52,993 nt of DNA from positions 1 to 52,993 of IMG/VR virus record IMGVR_UViG_3300049793_000140; one strand, written 5' to 3'. The notes under the pieces were generated by a model that worked only from the letters and a program-made list of their open reading frames with translations, was not told where the DNA came from and searched no databases. How positions within the stretch are numbered: the first letter of the stretch is position 1; each line of letters begins with the position of its first letter. The position numbers and the translations under genes are program-made. Of the stretch, positions 18,619-29,226 are shown in pieces. This DNA comes from a virus. Its lineage: Duplodnaviria; Caudoviricetes.

Positions 18619-18873
18619 TTATGCAGTTCGTGTAAGGGATTCCCACCCTTTTTTAGGGCGCAGTTCGATACCGAATACTGCGTTAACAAAAATAAGGTTC
18701 GACGCGCAAAGGGAACACAACCTTTCCAGGTTGTGTGGCCGGAGAAAACGGCGCGGTAAATAAATGTCCGGCTGGGTTGCCCTCCGTCTGCCCCTTGAAA
18801 GAGAGATAGGGGGGAAGGGGGGTTGTGAGAAAGTCTGGTCCGGAGTCTTGTGTTGTTCTTCATGTCTGCTCAA
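18619..18873 (-). CDS. Possible small hypothetical protein (alternative frame 18603-18863)
   Basis: Two overlapping candidate ORFs fill a 330-bp gap; I cannot tell which, if either, is real. Confidence 0.3.
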   Translation of the reverse strand: MSRHEEQHKTPDQTFSQPPFPPISLSRGRRRATQPDIYLPRRFLRPHNLERLCSLCASNLIFVNAVFGIELRPKKGWESLTRTA

Positions 18874-18933
18874 AATATGTCCAACCCGAATTCTTTACAC
18901 ACCGCAATTTGCTCTTTTGCCTTGTCCAGCGGG

Positions 18934-21924
18934 TCATTTCGGGAAATTACCTGACTTAATAAAGTCTTGCATCTGCTTCTGTTCATCGGTTGGACGTTGT
19001 GACTTTCCAGCCGGCACATCGAATCCAAATGCGTGCCGAATGGAATTCACTATTCCCACTTTCTGAGCCGAATCAGACACATCATCATTCAGTGCTTTCA
19101 AGAATGGCTCGCTGACTGCAACCGCTTTACCAAGGTCTTTGTACAACGAGGAAGGAGTATTAAGAAACCAACTTTCAACGGTGGGATTGGTGAGAGCCAA
19201 TCCGATCATCTTTATTCCAACGAGTTCCTGAATCTCTTTTACGCCGCCTTTTGGGTTGAGCATAATTAAGGACACAGCAGCTTTGATGAGCTTCCCAGTA
19301 GCTGAACCTTTGGAAAATATACCCGTTCCTGCTCCATATTGTTCGGTGATGCGATATGGAGAAAGCGCCGTCGCCAAGTCCTGCATCATATCCATTTTGC
19401 GTTGGCCAATCATCGCAATGTACTTGGGGTTCATCTTGGAATCATTCAGCACCTTTCGCAGAGACACATCATCAATCTTGGGGCCGGCCTTCCTTAGAAT
19501 CTGTTCGAGTGTCTTGCGCTCCAGTTGTTCGGATAAATCGGGATTAGCCCTTGCAATATTTGAAAGCCACTTGATATCGCTCTCCGTTCCAACGTCCATG
19601 AAGCTGTTCAACGCCTTTTCAGCATTGACAGTATTGATGTCGAGAGTTCCAGAAGTGAACTCCTTAATGAGTTGGTTTTTGTAAAGGGTGCTCTGTGCTG
19701 CCGTAGCCGCATACATTCGCTTCACCATGTCCAAAATTGGCGCGTCCGATGCCAACAGTTCCTTAGCTTGGTCCAGCGTGATGCGTCCTTGGCCAATGGC
19801 AATTCTGCGAGCGGCTGCTACCAGCCGATGCAGTCTTGAACCGAAAACCGCATCGGCGATGTCCTTGTTTGGACCCAGGCGATAATCGTCCAATGCTGCG
19901 AGAAATGATTTACCGTCAATCGTGTCGCTACCAAGGCCCATCGTGCTTTTGTTTAGCAAATCATCCATCACCGATCCCCGCAACGCCGTCTCTCCCGGCA
20001 AACCTTTTACTCGGTTCAACGTCTCAAGGAATTGGCTTGGCTTGGATTTCAAACGCTCCAACACAGCCTCATCAGAAACATACCCCGCGCCCTGTGTGCT
20101 CTTACGAAACAAATCATGGAACCCAGGCTCTTCCCAACGGAGGACGTTGCTCTTGTAGAAGTCTTCCGCGATCTTGAGTTTCGTTTTGACCGCTGTTTGG
20201 GGAGGTGCAGCAAGCCATGCTTTTATTGCATCGGTTATAGACCCAGCAATCTGTCTGATGTGACGTGTTGGGATACCCTGCACCGCTTCGCCCTGAGCCG
20301 CTTCGTCATAAAGCATGGATCGCATTTTGATCATCTCTCCAAGATTCATTTCAGGGTCTAACTCGGCACTCAGAAATCGCTTTACTTCAGGGTGTATGAA
20401 TTCGTGGACGGGTTCCTTTCCTTTGACCGTGGCAGTACCGGTGCCTCCGTATTGGTTTACGGTTGTTGCTTGGGACGTGACTGCCCTGCTTGGAACATTC
20501 TTACGGAGGTCGTTTATTTCATCCAAGATTGGCTTCGTTGGAATATTCCTTTGCTGAGCGGCTGGCTCAGAAAAAACATCTCCATATTTGACGTTCTTCT
20601 CGGTCATGTCCGCAGCATGGACTGTTTCTAAACTGCTCCGAGTTACTTTGCCTTTCTCGATTGGACTAAATCCAGAACCGGGACCGACCTTCTCCCCGGC
20701 GATCTTCCGCGTCGTAGCCTGAAGGTCGCCGGTGCCTTTGACTTCAACAGCCTTAGCCGCCGCTGCTGATTCGCCTTCGGTGGCATTGCGAATGCCTTGG
20801 AGTTCATTGACAAGGGTCGCGCCTACCTCTTCGTCGCTTTTTACACCAGCGGTAATAGCCCTGAAGGTTGCATCCTTGCTCGCTTGAATATCAGCCAGTT
20901 TTTTGGCGGCTGATGCTGCGCTTGATGGAAGGCTTTCGATCATCTTTTGGCCCATTGCCAGGATGGGCGATCCGCTAACATCGGCTGGGCTATGGCGGAG
21001 TTTAACGCCAAGCTCTTGTTCCAACCGATCAGCCGCAGCTAATCCCTCAGTCTGAACGGCAGTCTTTGAAAATGAAAAAGGCGCTTGAACGAATTTGAAA
21101 GCTTCGTTGAGCGTCTTGGCAAACCCAGCGGTCAAGTAACCGAATCCTATATCAATGGGCAAATCCTTCAATCCAGTCATCAAAATTCTACCCGGATCAA
21201 TGGGTTGTCCCTGTTCTGACTTCACTGATGCCTGCTGAACTGCTGAAGCGGTTTCCATTCCGATTGATGAAGCCGTGACATCGCGGGCAAAACTTAATTT
21301 TGGCCCGAGATTGCCAAGTCCAGGGACTCTTCGAGCAACAGCCATCCCCAACAACGAGCCGGCTAATTCGGGAGTCTTTGCCGCAAGTTGTGCAAAATCT
21401 CCAAGGTTGATTGAGCGGTCGTTGACAAGGACATCTTTCTCACCTCCCGTATCATCGGGAAGTGTGAGGATGAAGTCCCGACCGTCTTTGGAAACCCGCA
21501 CCTTGCCGGGATACTTTTCCTCCAAGTAGGTGTATTGATCCAAGAAATCTTTTCGTCTTCCAAGTTGATAGCGATCCACCAACGGAACATTCCCGAATGC
21601 CCCTTGTTCTGGACCGGCTATTCCGGCGCGTGTTTCGATTGGGCGAGATGGACCTTCAACGCCAGCAGGCATCGCTGCTGCATTCTCTTGCTGAAACAGT
21701 TGTTCTTTTGTGAGCGGTAAAGAACGCGAGATTTTGGTAACGTACGGAACTGCGGGTCCGTACTTTCGCATTGATTCACGCGCTGCTTCCGTCGTCATCG
21801 GAGACAACGAACCAGAAATGTCTGAAGCCGTTATTGGCTTGGGTTCTAAGGGTTGTCCTGCGACTGGAGTATCAGGAATGGAACCAAGCGCAGCATCAAG
21901 TTCATTGACAAATGTGGCCGGCAT
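18934..21924 (-). CDS. Large internal virion / DNA ejection protein
   Basis: 996 aa, helical and Ala/Gly/Lys-rich; third of three size-increasing genes after the tail tube gene, as in podovirus ejection modules. Confidence 0.7.
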   Translation of the reverse strand: MPATFVNELDAALGSIPDTPVAGQPLEPKPITASDISGSLSPMTTEAARESMRKYGPAVPYVTKISRSLPLTKEQLFQQENAAAMPAGVEGPSRPIETRAGIAGPEQGAFGNVPLVDRYQLGRRKDFLDQYTYLEEKYPGKVRVSKDGRDFILTLPDDTGGEKDVLVNDRSINLGDFAQLAAKTPELAGSLLGMAVARRVPGLGNLGPKLSFARDVTASSIGMETASAVQQASVKSEQGQPIDPGRILMTGLKDLPIDIGFGYLTAGFAKTLNEAFKFVQAPFSFSKTAVQTEGLAAADRLEQELGVKLRHSPADVSGSPILAMGQKMIESLPSSAASAAKKLADIQASKDATFRAITAGVKSDEEVGATLVNELQGIRNATEGESAAAAKAVEVKGTGDLQATTRKIAGEKVGPGSGFSPIEKGKVTRSSLETVHAADMTEKNVKYGDVFSEPAAQQRNIPTKPILDEINDLRKNVPSRAVTSQATTVNQYGGTGTATVKGKEPVHEFIHPEVKRFLSAELDPEMNLGEMIKMRSMLYDEAAQGEAVQGIPTRHIRQIAGSITDAIKAWLAAPPQTAVKTKLKIAEDFYKSNVLRWEEPGFHDLFRKSTQGAGYVSDEAVLERLKSKPSQFLETLNRVKGLPGETALRGSVMDDLLNKSTMGLGSDTIDGKSFLAALDDYRLGPNKDIADAVFGSRLHRLVAAARRIAIGQGRITLDQAKELLASDAPILDMVKRMYAATAAQSTLYKNQLIKEFTSGTLDINTVNAEKALNSFMDVGTESDIKWLSNIARANPDLSEQLERKTLEQILRKAGPKIDDVSLRKVLNDSKMNPKYIAMIGQRKMDMMQDLATALSPYRITEQYGAGTGIFSKGSATGKLIKAAVSLIMLNPKGGVKEIQELVGIKMIGLALTNPTVESWFLNTPSSLYKDLGKAVAVSEPFLKALNDDVSDSAQKVGIVNSIRHAFGFDVPAGKSQRPTDEQKQMQDFIKSGNFPK

Positions 21925-23129
21925 TATTGTGGCGGGTTTACTCTCTCAGCCCAATCGTGAGCTTCTGTTTTGGTCAGCAAACCGGAATTGACAAGATTTA
22001 CATAGTCGTTCACCTGTAGCCCCATGAACATCCACGGCTGCAACGCTTGTCCTCCCGGACCCTTTGCCGTTGTTATTGCCTCCATTTTGGTGAGCTTCTT
22101 CATCTCGGAAGCATTGGCCATGATTTGGTCATACGATTGATCCGCTGCTTGAGGATCTATGAATGCCTTTCTCAACCTTTTTACATCTGTCTCTCTGATT
22201 CGTCCTCGGAGTAATTGGGACTGTAAGAAATCCGTTAGCGCCCCTTCCGCTTGTGCTCTGTTGGACGATACCGACATATCCCCCCCGAGACCGATCTGAC
22301 CGAGTATTCGATTTTGAAAAGATCCGATCTTGCCGGCTACACCAACATCCTGTGGACGAAGTTGTGAAGTCATGTTTTCGAGCAATTGGACTACGCCCTG
22401 ATACCGCATCAAATCCGTCTGCGCTTTCGTCTCTGTCGCTACAGTTGGGCCGGTCTTGCCACCAGCGCCCCTGTGAGTCGTAATGCTCTGAACGGTGCCT
22501 CCGGGACCGAGTTCAACCTTAGTATCCTCATTTGGCAATGCGGTTTGCTCATCTACAAACTGTTGATACTTTACGGCTTCTTCACCTGGAGTCATCTGCT
22601 TCCCTCCAGTGGCCGATAATGACGCCTTGTATGCGGATAAACGTTCTTTGGCGTTCTTTACGCTGGCGGTATCCTCCGACCTCGGAGTTTTCATCAACTC
22701 GATATCAAGCTTATTCTGAAGCGTCTGAGCCGTTTTATTATTCAAGTCGGCATTCTTGAACGTAGCTTGTGCGAATTGGCTTACCTCTTGGCTCATCCAA
22801 GGCTTTAAGGCGCGACCTTTGAACCATTCAGCTTGCTGTGCTGGATCGCTTGGGTCTTTTATTTTGGCTAGATCGGCCCACGCTGATTGATCTGCGTCTT
22901 TGGTTTTAAGAAGCATGTGCTGATGTTCCTGCTTAATCGTGTGATCCAAGGCAGCGTTCGCAATCTGTTGATTCATCTCCTGCATCCTGAGCGGCAGCAA
23001 AGCCTTCTCTGCATCGATTTGTTGTTGCCTCTGACGCAACTGAAACGCTTCAGCCAAGCTCATCGGCTTGTTTGAGTCGGGCGCCTGTTGCATCCACGGC
23101 AGATCGTAATTGAGATCTAGTTCAGGCAT
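21924..23129 (-). CDS. Internal virion / ejection protein
   Basis: 401 aa, Gln-rich helical; synteny; TAATG coupling. Confidence 0.65.
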   Translation of the reverse strand: MPELDLNYDLPWMQQAPDSNKPMSLAEAFQLRQRQQQIDAEKALLPLRMQEMNQQIANAALDHTIKQEHQHMLLKTKDADQSAWADLAKIKDPSDPAQQAEWFKGRALKPWMSQEVSQFAQATFKNADLNNKTAQTLQNKLDIELMKTPRSEDTASVKNAKERLSAYKASLSATGGKQMTPGEEAVKYQQFVDEQTALPNEDTKVELGPGGTVQSITTHRGAGGKTGPTVATETKAQTDLMRYQGVVQLLENMTSQLRPQDVGVAGKIGSFQNRILGQIGLGGDMSVSSNRAQAEGALTDFLQSQLLRGRIRETDVKRLRKAFIDPQAADQSYDQIMANASEMKKLTKMEAITTAKGPGGQALQPWMFMGLQVNDYVNLVNSGLLTKTEAHDWAERVNPPQ

Positions 23130-23980
23130 TATCTCGTCATTCTATCAAGCCGAGCAGCGTTCCAAAATTCGTTTTGAGTGCCTTGTAAATAAGCATCGTA
23201 CGATCCCTGAGCAAACCCCGGCCCGTAATTATCGCCACCGCCCCCGGCACCGCCCGCGCCCGCACCGCCCCCGGTTCCGCCTGGCCCACCGGCTGACACA
23301 TTGCCGCCCATCGCACTACTTATCCCCATCGTCGCCGCACTCGCCAAGATTCCCTCGACCCAATCGGTCAACCCGGTAAGCGCTCTTTCCGCGCCAGTCG
23401 GCATCGCCGCTTGTTTGGCCTTCAGGAAGTCGTAATTGAATCGGCTGTTGCGCTCCGATGTGCTCACGGCTATCTGCTGCGCTGGGCTGATGAACATCGA
23501 AGTTGCGTCGGCCATGTGCGGAAGTCGGGAAGCCGCCGACTGCAACCAGCGCTCAGATGCTGACAACCCTTCGCGAATGAGATCCAGCGATGTCAACCCA
23601 AGACTTTCGGCTTCCGCGCCGCCAGCCATTGCTGATCCTCCATATCCACCTGCAAACGATCTTGCCCCGCGAGATCGCTGAATCGTGCGCTGCACGTCGG
23701 CTGGCAACTCGCCTTTGAGGAAAGAATTTACCTGTTCCCCTCCGGTCTTCATCATCTCGTCGAATCCAGGGACTGACGCCTGATACATCTTCTGAAGCTC
23801 GTCGAAGTTGAACTTGTTGATCTGTCCCGCAAGCTGTGTCGCCTGAGGTGTGGCATCCAAGTTTCCCTGAATGGCCCTCTGCTGCTCTGTCTGTGCGTTG
23901 ATTGTAGGCAGATCTGGTATGGCGACATCTTTGAACGTCTTCTCCCAACCCATCAGATTTGCTAAAACTTTTGCCGACAT
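23129..23980 (-). CDS. Internal virion / pilot-type ejection protein
   Basis: 283 aa, Ala/Gly/Gln-rich with Gly-rich C-terminus; synteny. Confidence 0.65.
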   Translation of the reverse strand: MSAKVLANLMGWEKTFKDVAIPDLPTINAQTEQQRAIQGNLDATPQATQLAGQINKFNFDELQKMYQASVPGFDEMMKTGGEQVNSFLKGELPADVQRTIQRSRGARSFAGGYGGSAMAGGAEAESLGLTSLDLIREGLSASERWLQSAASRLPHMADATSMFISPAQQIAVSTSERNSRFNYDFLKAKQAAMPTGAERALTGLTDWVEGILASAATMGISSAMGGNVSAGGPGGTGGGAGAGGAGGGGDNYGPGFAQGSYDAYLQGTQNEFWNAARLDRMTR

Positions 23981-24036
23981 ATCTGCGTTTTATACTTTAA
24001 TCGATTTAGGTATAATTGTTCCCGATCAAATTGACT

Positions 24037-25101
24037 TTAGGTGAAATTCTCTATGTAGCCCGCTCCGAATAATGCCGGGTCTTGGATGCGAGGCGTGGCT
24101 ACGGGGCCGTCGCCGTTCCAGTTGGCTAATTCCTCCTCCAGCAGTGGGATCGCCCCACCGCGACGCGAAGGAATTCCATATTCGTTGGTCACATTGCCCT
24201 CCATAAGCCGCTCGGCGGCTGTCCAATCGTTATTCTCCTCAGCCTTAATCGCCATGACCGCGAGCTTAAGCGCTTGTAGGTTTCCAATGACAAGGTAGTC
24301 GGTATCCTTCGATACTGGAATGAATGCCATCTTAACGAGCAAATCTACCTGAGTTTGGTCGCAGGTTGCATCTGTTGAACATGGCGGGTTCCGACTGTTG
24401 CCGCCGCCCATCTGAGAGAGACCCGGAATCATATAGCGCCGATATTGCGGAAGCGTTTCGTCTGACTCGTATATCGCCAGCGATTTCACATTGGCACCGC
24501 TTGGAACATCATAGCTATAAAGGCGAACAGGCCCATTAGTGACAGGTTTCTGGACAGCGGTAATCGAGGTGAAATAATTGACCGAAAGCTGCGGACCAGT
24601 GGTCAACAGAACTCGCTCGCCATCAATCCATTCTCCAGCGACTTGGGTCTGAATCCAATTGTAATTCTGGTCGAAGCCTTGAAGCAGAATATAAGCGCCA
24701 ACCGCCTCGGTAACATCACAGTATACTTTCGCCTTCTGTGTTGTGCCGAAGAAATCATCGAATGTTGGCGATGTTCCGCGAGGGACAAGTGTTCGGCCGA
24801 TACAATCATCGGGACCAAGAATGCCGTAACTGGTTCCCTGAAATTCAAAAAACTCGTTTCGAATTATCCCTGGAAAATTGCAAATCGCAAAACCTTCCAC
24901 AGTTTCAAACTGTCTGGGAATGGTGATGCAGGCGTTCGAAGTGCAGAAGCGATACCTCTGGAAGCAGCCGACCCACTTACCCCGAGGAAGCAATCTTTGT
25001 ACAGCCTCATTCAGAAAGTGAGAAACACGAGGCTCCGAGTCACAAACCTCCAGTACCCGAGCGATTGTGTGCCTTGCTGCACCAAGGGTTAATCTTGTCA
25101 T
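24037..25101 (-). CDS. Head-tail adaptor / tail tubular protein A-like
   Basis: N-terminal VSHFLNEAVQRLL...W helix typical of adaptor proteins; located between nozzle/fibre and ejection genes. Confidence 0.6.
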   Translation of the reverse strand: MTRLTLGAARHTIARVLEVCDSEPRVSHFLNEAVQRLLPRGKWVGCFQRYRFCTSNACITIPRQFETVEGFAICNFPGIIRNEFFEFQGTSYGILGPDDCIGRTLVPRGTSPTFDDFFGTTQKAKVYCDVTEAVGAYILLQGFDQNYNWIQTQVAGEWIDGERVLLTTGPQLSVNYFTSITAVQKPVTNGPVRLYSYDVPSGANVKSLAIYESDETLPQYRRYMIPGLSQMGGGNSRNPPCSTDATCDQTQVDLLVKMAFIPVSKDTDYLVIGNLQALKLAVMAIKAEENNDWTAAERLMEGNVTNEYGIPSRRGGAIPLLEEELANWNGDGPVATPRIQDPALFGAGYIENFT

Positions 25102-25152
25102 TTGAGCAGTTTGTTATTGTTCCACAACGCGCATTTGTGCCACATTAACCCC

Positions 25153-25536
25153 ATGAGCTATCGGCCAAATGTCAAAGGAGGTTCTACGCTTTGTAAATGC
25201 GGCAAGCCTAGACGACAATCCGGCCGCAATTGCTTGCCATGCCACGCCAAGACGGCTAGAGAATCGCGCCGAAAACGAGGTGGCCACTCGGGTCTTTCTC
25301 CAGAAGCCCGAAAACGCTTGAACGCTCGTTCGTATCTCCACGTTTATGTCAAGAGAGGCAAGGCAGCGAAGAAATCCTGTGAAGTGTGCGGCAATCCAAT
25401 CGTTCAAGGACATCACGAAGACTATAACAAGCCATTGGAGGTTCGCTGGCTTTGCAAGGCTCATCACTTGGATATTCATAGGATCGTCATACAGTCACCC
25501 AAGCCCTTATCGACCGCTTGGCAAACGTCACAGTGA
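25153..25536 (+). CDS. HNH/zinc-finger endonuclease-like protein inserted antisense
   Basis: CEVCGNPIVQGHHEDYNKPLEVRWLCKAHH motif; start moved to the ATG at 25153. Confidence 0.8.
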   Translation: MSYRPNVKGGSTLCKCGKPRRQSGRNCLPCHAKTARESRRKRGGHSGLSPEARKRLNARSYLHVYVKRGKAAKKSCEVCGNPIVQGHHEDYNKPLEVRWLCKAHHLDIHRIVIQSPKPLSTAWQTSQ

Positions 25537-26287
25537 CGTACGGCGGAAGATTCTGATGTGGCTTCACAATGATCGGGGTCGTCGTCAAATCGCCGCCTGT
25601 ATTAGAAAGCGTTGTATTCACCGGATTCTCTGCCGTGCCAGGCGGTAAAGCCAGGCCATCGTCGCTACCTGGATAAACAAGCCCCATCTTTGTTCCATCG
25701 CCCGATCCCCAAATTCTATTTGGAGGCGTTCCTGACTGTCCAACTGCAATGGGCGTATGAGTGTGAGGCGGCATCTCAGCAACCGAAAGCGATACCAATT
25801 CCAATCCGCCAAGATCACCTGGACTTATCACAGTAGTTGATAATGGAAGCGTTCCAGCCCCAATTGGCATTCTTGCCTCATATATCGTATCAGCCTCCCA
25901 GAAACTTCCAGTAACAGGGGTTGGAGGCGTGACGCTCGGGTCGTTTCCATCGCCACCATCGTATGAATACAGATCAGCAAGCGTCCCGCCCCAAATCAAA
26001 TGCTCGTCATTCGGTCCAGGTGGAACGCGGTATTTGCGCACCCATTTTCCGAAGGCGAATGAGTAGGTTCCTTCCAATGCACCTTCCGGCGTTAGTCGAT
26101 GCCAGATTTTGTCTTGATTGTCTACGCTCGGAACCGTCTGCCCTACGTTGTAGCCCAATCCGACTTGACTCGGAATAACGCCGAAAGCACCCGTGAACAA
26201 ATCAATGGCCAATTGCTGCCATGTGGTAAAGCAATACCCCGGAACAAGGCTCGGTGCGGTCAGTGGAACTAATTGGGCATTTGGCAT
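25487..26287 (-). CDS. Short tail fibre / collar-domain protein
   Basis: LSVAEMPPHTH and HQNLPPYVTV motifs of T4 gp10/gp12-like fibre tips. Confidence 0.75.
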   Translation of the reverse strand: MPNAQLVPLTAPSLVPGYCFTTWQQLAIDLFTGAFGVIPSQVGLGYNVGQTVPSVDNQDKIWHRLTPEGALEGTYSFAFGKWVRKYRVPPGPNDEHLIWGGTLADLYSYDGGDGNDPSVTPPTPVTGSFWEADTIYEARMPIGAGTLPLSTTVISPGDLGGLELVSLSVAEMPPHTHTPIAVGQSGTPPNRIWGSGDGTKMGLVYPGSDDGLALPPGTAENPVNTTLSNTGGDLTTTPIIVKPHQNLPPYVTVTFAKRSIRAWVTV

Positions 26288-28104
26288 TACTCGGCGGTAT
26301 ATGTAAAAGGATTGATGTCACATCCAACGACGCTCTGGCACGGCCCTTCGCCTCGACACTCTCCCAGCGGCGATTCATCGACCCAATGCGTGTGAAGAAC
26401 GAGCTTCTTAATCCGACAATAACCCTCAATCGTTTGCCGCGTTTGGAACTCGAATCCCAAGTTGAATGGTTTGCTCACATCCGCCTCACAAGAGTCTGGA
26501 GGCTGCGGGAATTTTATGTCGGGCCGGTATTGCAAGCGGTGCTGCTGTGGACCAATTTGCGCATTTCCGCAAGTTGGTGTCGAACAATCCTGAAATGTCG
26601 AACATTCACTCCATGCCGTCCAATCCAGCCATAGCGGGTATTGGTCCGGCCGGAACTGAAGGTTGAAGGAAACTGGGCCATACAGTTCGTCAACTGACTG
26701 TTGCCCGGTCATTAATCGCTTCAACCCGGTTTGCGCTCCGTTCGATAAAAATTGGAACGAACGATCTTCGTGCGACCAAACGATTCGCTTTGAGCCGTTA
26801 TCCTGCTTGTCGGCTCTGCTCAATTCCCAAAGCTGGATCTTATTGTCGGAAGAAAGCGTGAACATGAAACAGCGCTCTTTACGGTTAACCATAGCCGTAA
26901 GAATCTGGAGAATCTTCACGCCGGTCCAAAGTCCTTCCCAGGCTGGAGGCGACTGCCTGCTCATGCCGGATATTACCGAGAAATCCAAAGATAGGAGTCC
27001 ACGGAAATACGTGCCTTTGCTTGTCCATACCGGGCTTACAGTCATCAGCAAACGGTTGTCGAAATTAACCGCGCTGGCATGGTCTAAGATTTCTTGCTGA
27101 TCATAGTCCAGGATTGTTCTCAGTTCGTCACTTGAAGGCGTGTTTGCCCATGTATTTTGACCCGCAAGGGAGAAATTTCTGCGGGCCAGAACGAAGCTTC
27201 TCACCCCATCTGTGGAACGAAACCATATATCCGAATTGACGCGCACAAGTGAGTTCTGACCGATTGGCCCAAAGTTCTTTAGGCTCACCGTCTGGACCGG
27301 GTAGGTTAGCGTTTTCCACGTCGCCCGATCAATCGGAGCATTCACAGAGAATCCAGTCGTCCGCGTGAATACCTGTAACGCACTTTGGCCGGTAACAGTG
27401 TCAAGGATTGCCGGTGCCAGCATCGCGGTTATCTCCCCGGCATTGTCGGGAATGGAGAATGCGCCCCCCGTTACGAGCAGATCGTTCTCACTCATCTTAA
27501 GGACCGCATCGCGATAATTGTAGGCTGCCGTTCCGCTCGGGCCATAAACCAAATCTCCGGCAACGAATTGACGGCGATCTGGGGATGCAATCCAAAGCCT
27601 ACCCAGTTGATAGTTCATCACGGTTCCGGTAGGAATCTCTCCTGGTTGAGTACGGCGAGCAGAGGCACCATCGAATATATAGGCCGCACTAACTCCATCC
27701 TGCATGATGAAAAAGTTTTCGGCCTGCTCCATGAACGTGTATTCGAGCAACGATGAATTCGGCGATGCAGGAATCGTGATATCCTGCACTGAGAATTGAT
27801 CAGCGATATCTACTTTGAACATGCGCCCACTAATAGCGGCCATGAGCACGTCATCGCCCGTTGCCGTGCGATAGGTTTTTGCGCCTTGGAATTTGCCATC
27901 CTCGAACAAGGAAGATTTAATGCCGGGAAATTGTAAGACCCGATGATTTATTCCAGGTCGCGGCTTTATGAAGCCACCTCGCATCTGAGCGTTTACCGCG
28001 AAGGCGACCTGATTTGGACGAATAATACTAGGAGACAAACCAGAGTCGCACCCCCCGCTTAATTCTGTGAAACCGTCGCTAAGTCTTCTGGGATCTTTTA
28101 CCAT
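26287..28104 (-). CDS. Tail nozzle / stabilisation protein (P22 gp10 / T7 gp12-like beta-propeller)
   Basis: 605 aa beta-rich; starts DGFTELSGGCDS..SPS; contains IWFRSTDGVRS; synteny. Confidence 0.7.
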   Translation of the reverse strand: MVKDPRRLSDGFTELSGGCDSGLSPSIIRPNQVAFAVNAQMRGGFIKPRPGINHRVLQFPGIKSSLFEDGKFQGAKTYRTATGDDVLMAAISGRMFKVDIADQFSVQDITIPASPNSSLLEYTFMEQAENFFIMQDGVSAAYIFDGASARRTQPGEIPTGTVMNYQLGRLWIASPDRRQFVAGDLVYGPSGTAAYNYRDAVLKMSENDLLVTGGAFSIPDNAGEITAMLAPAILDTVTGQSALQVFTRTTGFSVNAPIDRATWKTLTYPVQTVSLKNFGPIGQNSLVRVNSDIWFRSTDGVRSFVLARRNFSLAGQNTWANTPSSDELRTILDYDQQEILDHASAVNFDNRLLMTVSPVWTSKGTYFRGLLSLDFSVISGMSRQSPPAWEGLWTGVKILQILTAMVNRKERCFMFTLSSDNKIQLWELSRADKQDNGSKRIVWSHEDRSFQFLSNGAQTGLKRLMTGQQSVDELYGPVSFNLQFRPDQYPLWLDWTAWSECSTFQDCSTPTCGNAQIGPQQHRLQYRPDIKFPQPPDSCEADVSKPFNLGFEFQTRQTIEGYCRIKKLVLHTHWVDESPLGECRGEGPCQSVVGCDINPFTYTAE

Positions 28105-28115
28105 AAAAGTACTTT

Positions 28116-29222
28116 CTAGGGGAAGCTGTCACCGAATAGATAAATATCCACCGTTTTGGAAGGGGGTGCCACCTGGGCAGTTGAAAGAGACAGGTAAACA
28201 ATTCCGCCGGTTATCAAATCAGTCGTCGCAAACGCGGCGAGCGTTAGTTCGAGCCATTTATTTGCTGAATTCAATGGCCCTGCTGTTCCCCATTGTTGGC
28301 CTGCCGCCACTATGGCATTTCCCGATTTTCCAACCCCAGTGTAAATACCGCCCAAGGTATTGTAGGCGGTCAAATCCAGATTTGGATTCGTGACTATGAT
28401 TCGGTCGATTCTGACTTTATTTGTGATTAAAGTTATTGGCTGATCGGTTGCGACATCCATGTGAGCGCCGATTAGCGATCCCAGCAAACCGCTGCGTTGT
28501 AGCACAGTTGGCGTGGCGACAGTGACCAATATCAATCTGCCATCAGCGCCAACTGTGATTATCGGCCACGAACTGCCGTTTCCGTATGCACCCGGAGTTA
28601 CACCAGTCGCGCCTAATGTGGGGTTAGGGTAGCTCCCGACGAGCGAACCTCCTGCTGCTCCACCGGGACTTCCACCGGTAGGAAATGTTATGGGAACATC
28701 GCCCGCGGCCGTAACCCGACCCTCTGCATCAGTCGTTATTTGGGCGACGTGTGTCGCGTCTCCGTAGACCCCGGCTGTGCCGGTAGGAATGAGCGTTGGG
28801 TTGGGGTAGTTGCCGGTTAAGTCGCCGCCGGCTGCGATGCCGCCGATTGAGCCGGGAGCGCCCTGGAATCCGGTTGGAGTCAGTTTTGCTTGGGCTGGGA
28901 TTATCGTTCCGCCTGCTGCGTTTTCGGGATAATCAAGGATTCCGTCATCCCGCAAATTGCGAAGTGTCAAAGTAAATCCGTCAGGTATCCCATCAACTTT
29001 GAGTGTTCCTCCAAGAGCTAAAAAGACAGGTTGTCCGAAGGAGAATACGGAAGAATCAAGCACACTCGCGTTGCCGTCCTGAGTTTGCGCCGGCATGGTG
29101 AAGTCTGCCGTAAGAACTGTGCTCGCTGAAGTTCCATCAACGCCATCGAGACCAGGATTTCCAATCGTCCCTTTTGTGCCGGGTATACTAGTTGCCAGAC
29201 AAATTTGAGCCGGTAGTGCCAT
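28116..29222 (-). CDS. Tail fibre-like virion protein (no signal peptide)
   Basis: Short collagen-like G-x-x stretch; duplicated AGG.L.G.YPNPTL...G.YG....IT....GR motif. Confidence 0.7.
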   Translation of the reverse strand: MALPAQICLATSIPGTKGTIGNPGLDGVDGTSASTVLTADFTMPAQTQDGNASVLDSSVFSFGQPVFLALGGTLKVDGIPDGFTLTLRNLRDDGILDYPENAAGGTIIPAQAKLTPTGFQGAPGSIGGIAAGGDLTGNYPNPTLIPTGTAGVYGDATHVAQITTDAEGRVTAAGDVPITFPTGGSPGGAAGGSLVGSYPNPTLGATGVTPGAYGNGSSWPIITVGADGRLILVTVATPTVLQRSGLLGSLIGAHMDVATDQPITLITNKVRIDRIIVTNPNLDLTAYNTLGGIYTGVGKSGNAIVAAGQQWGTAGPLNSANKWLELTLAAFATTDLITGGIVYLSLSTAQVAPPSKTVDIYLFGDSFP

Positions 29223-29226
29223 TTTA

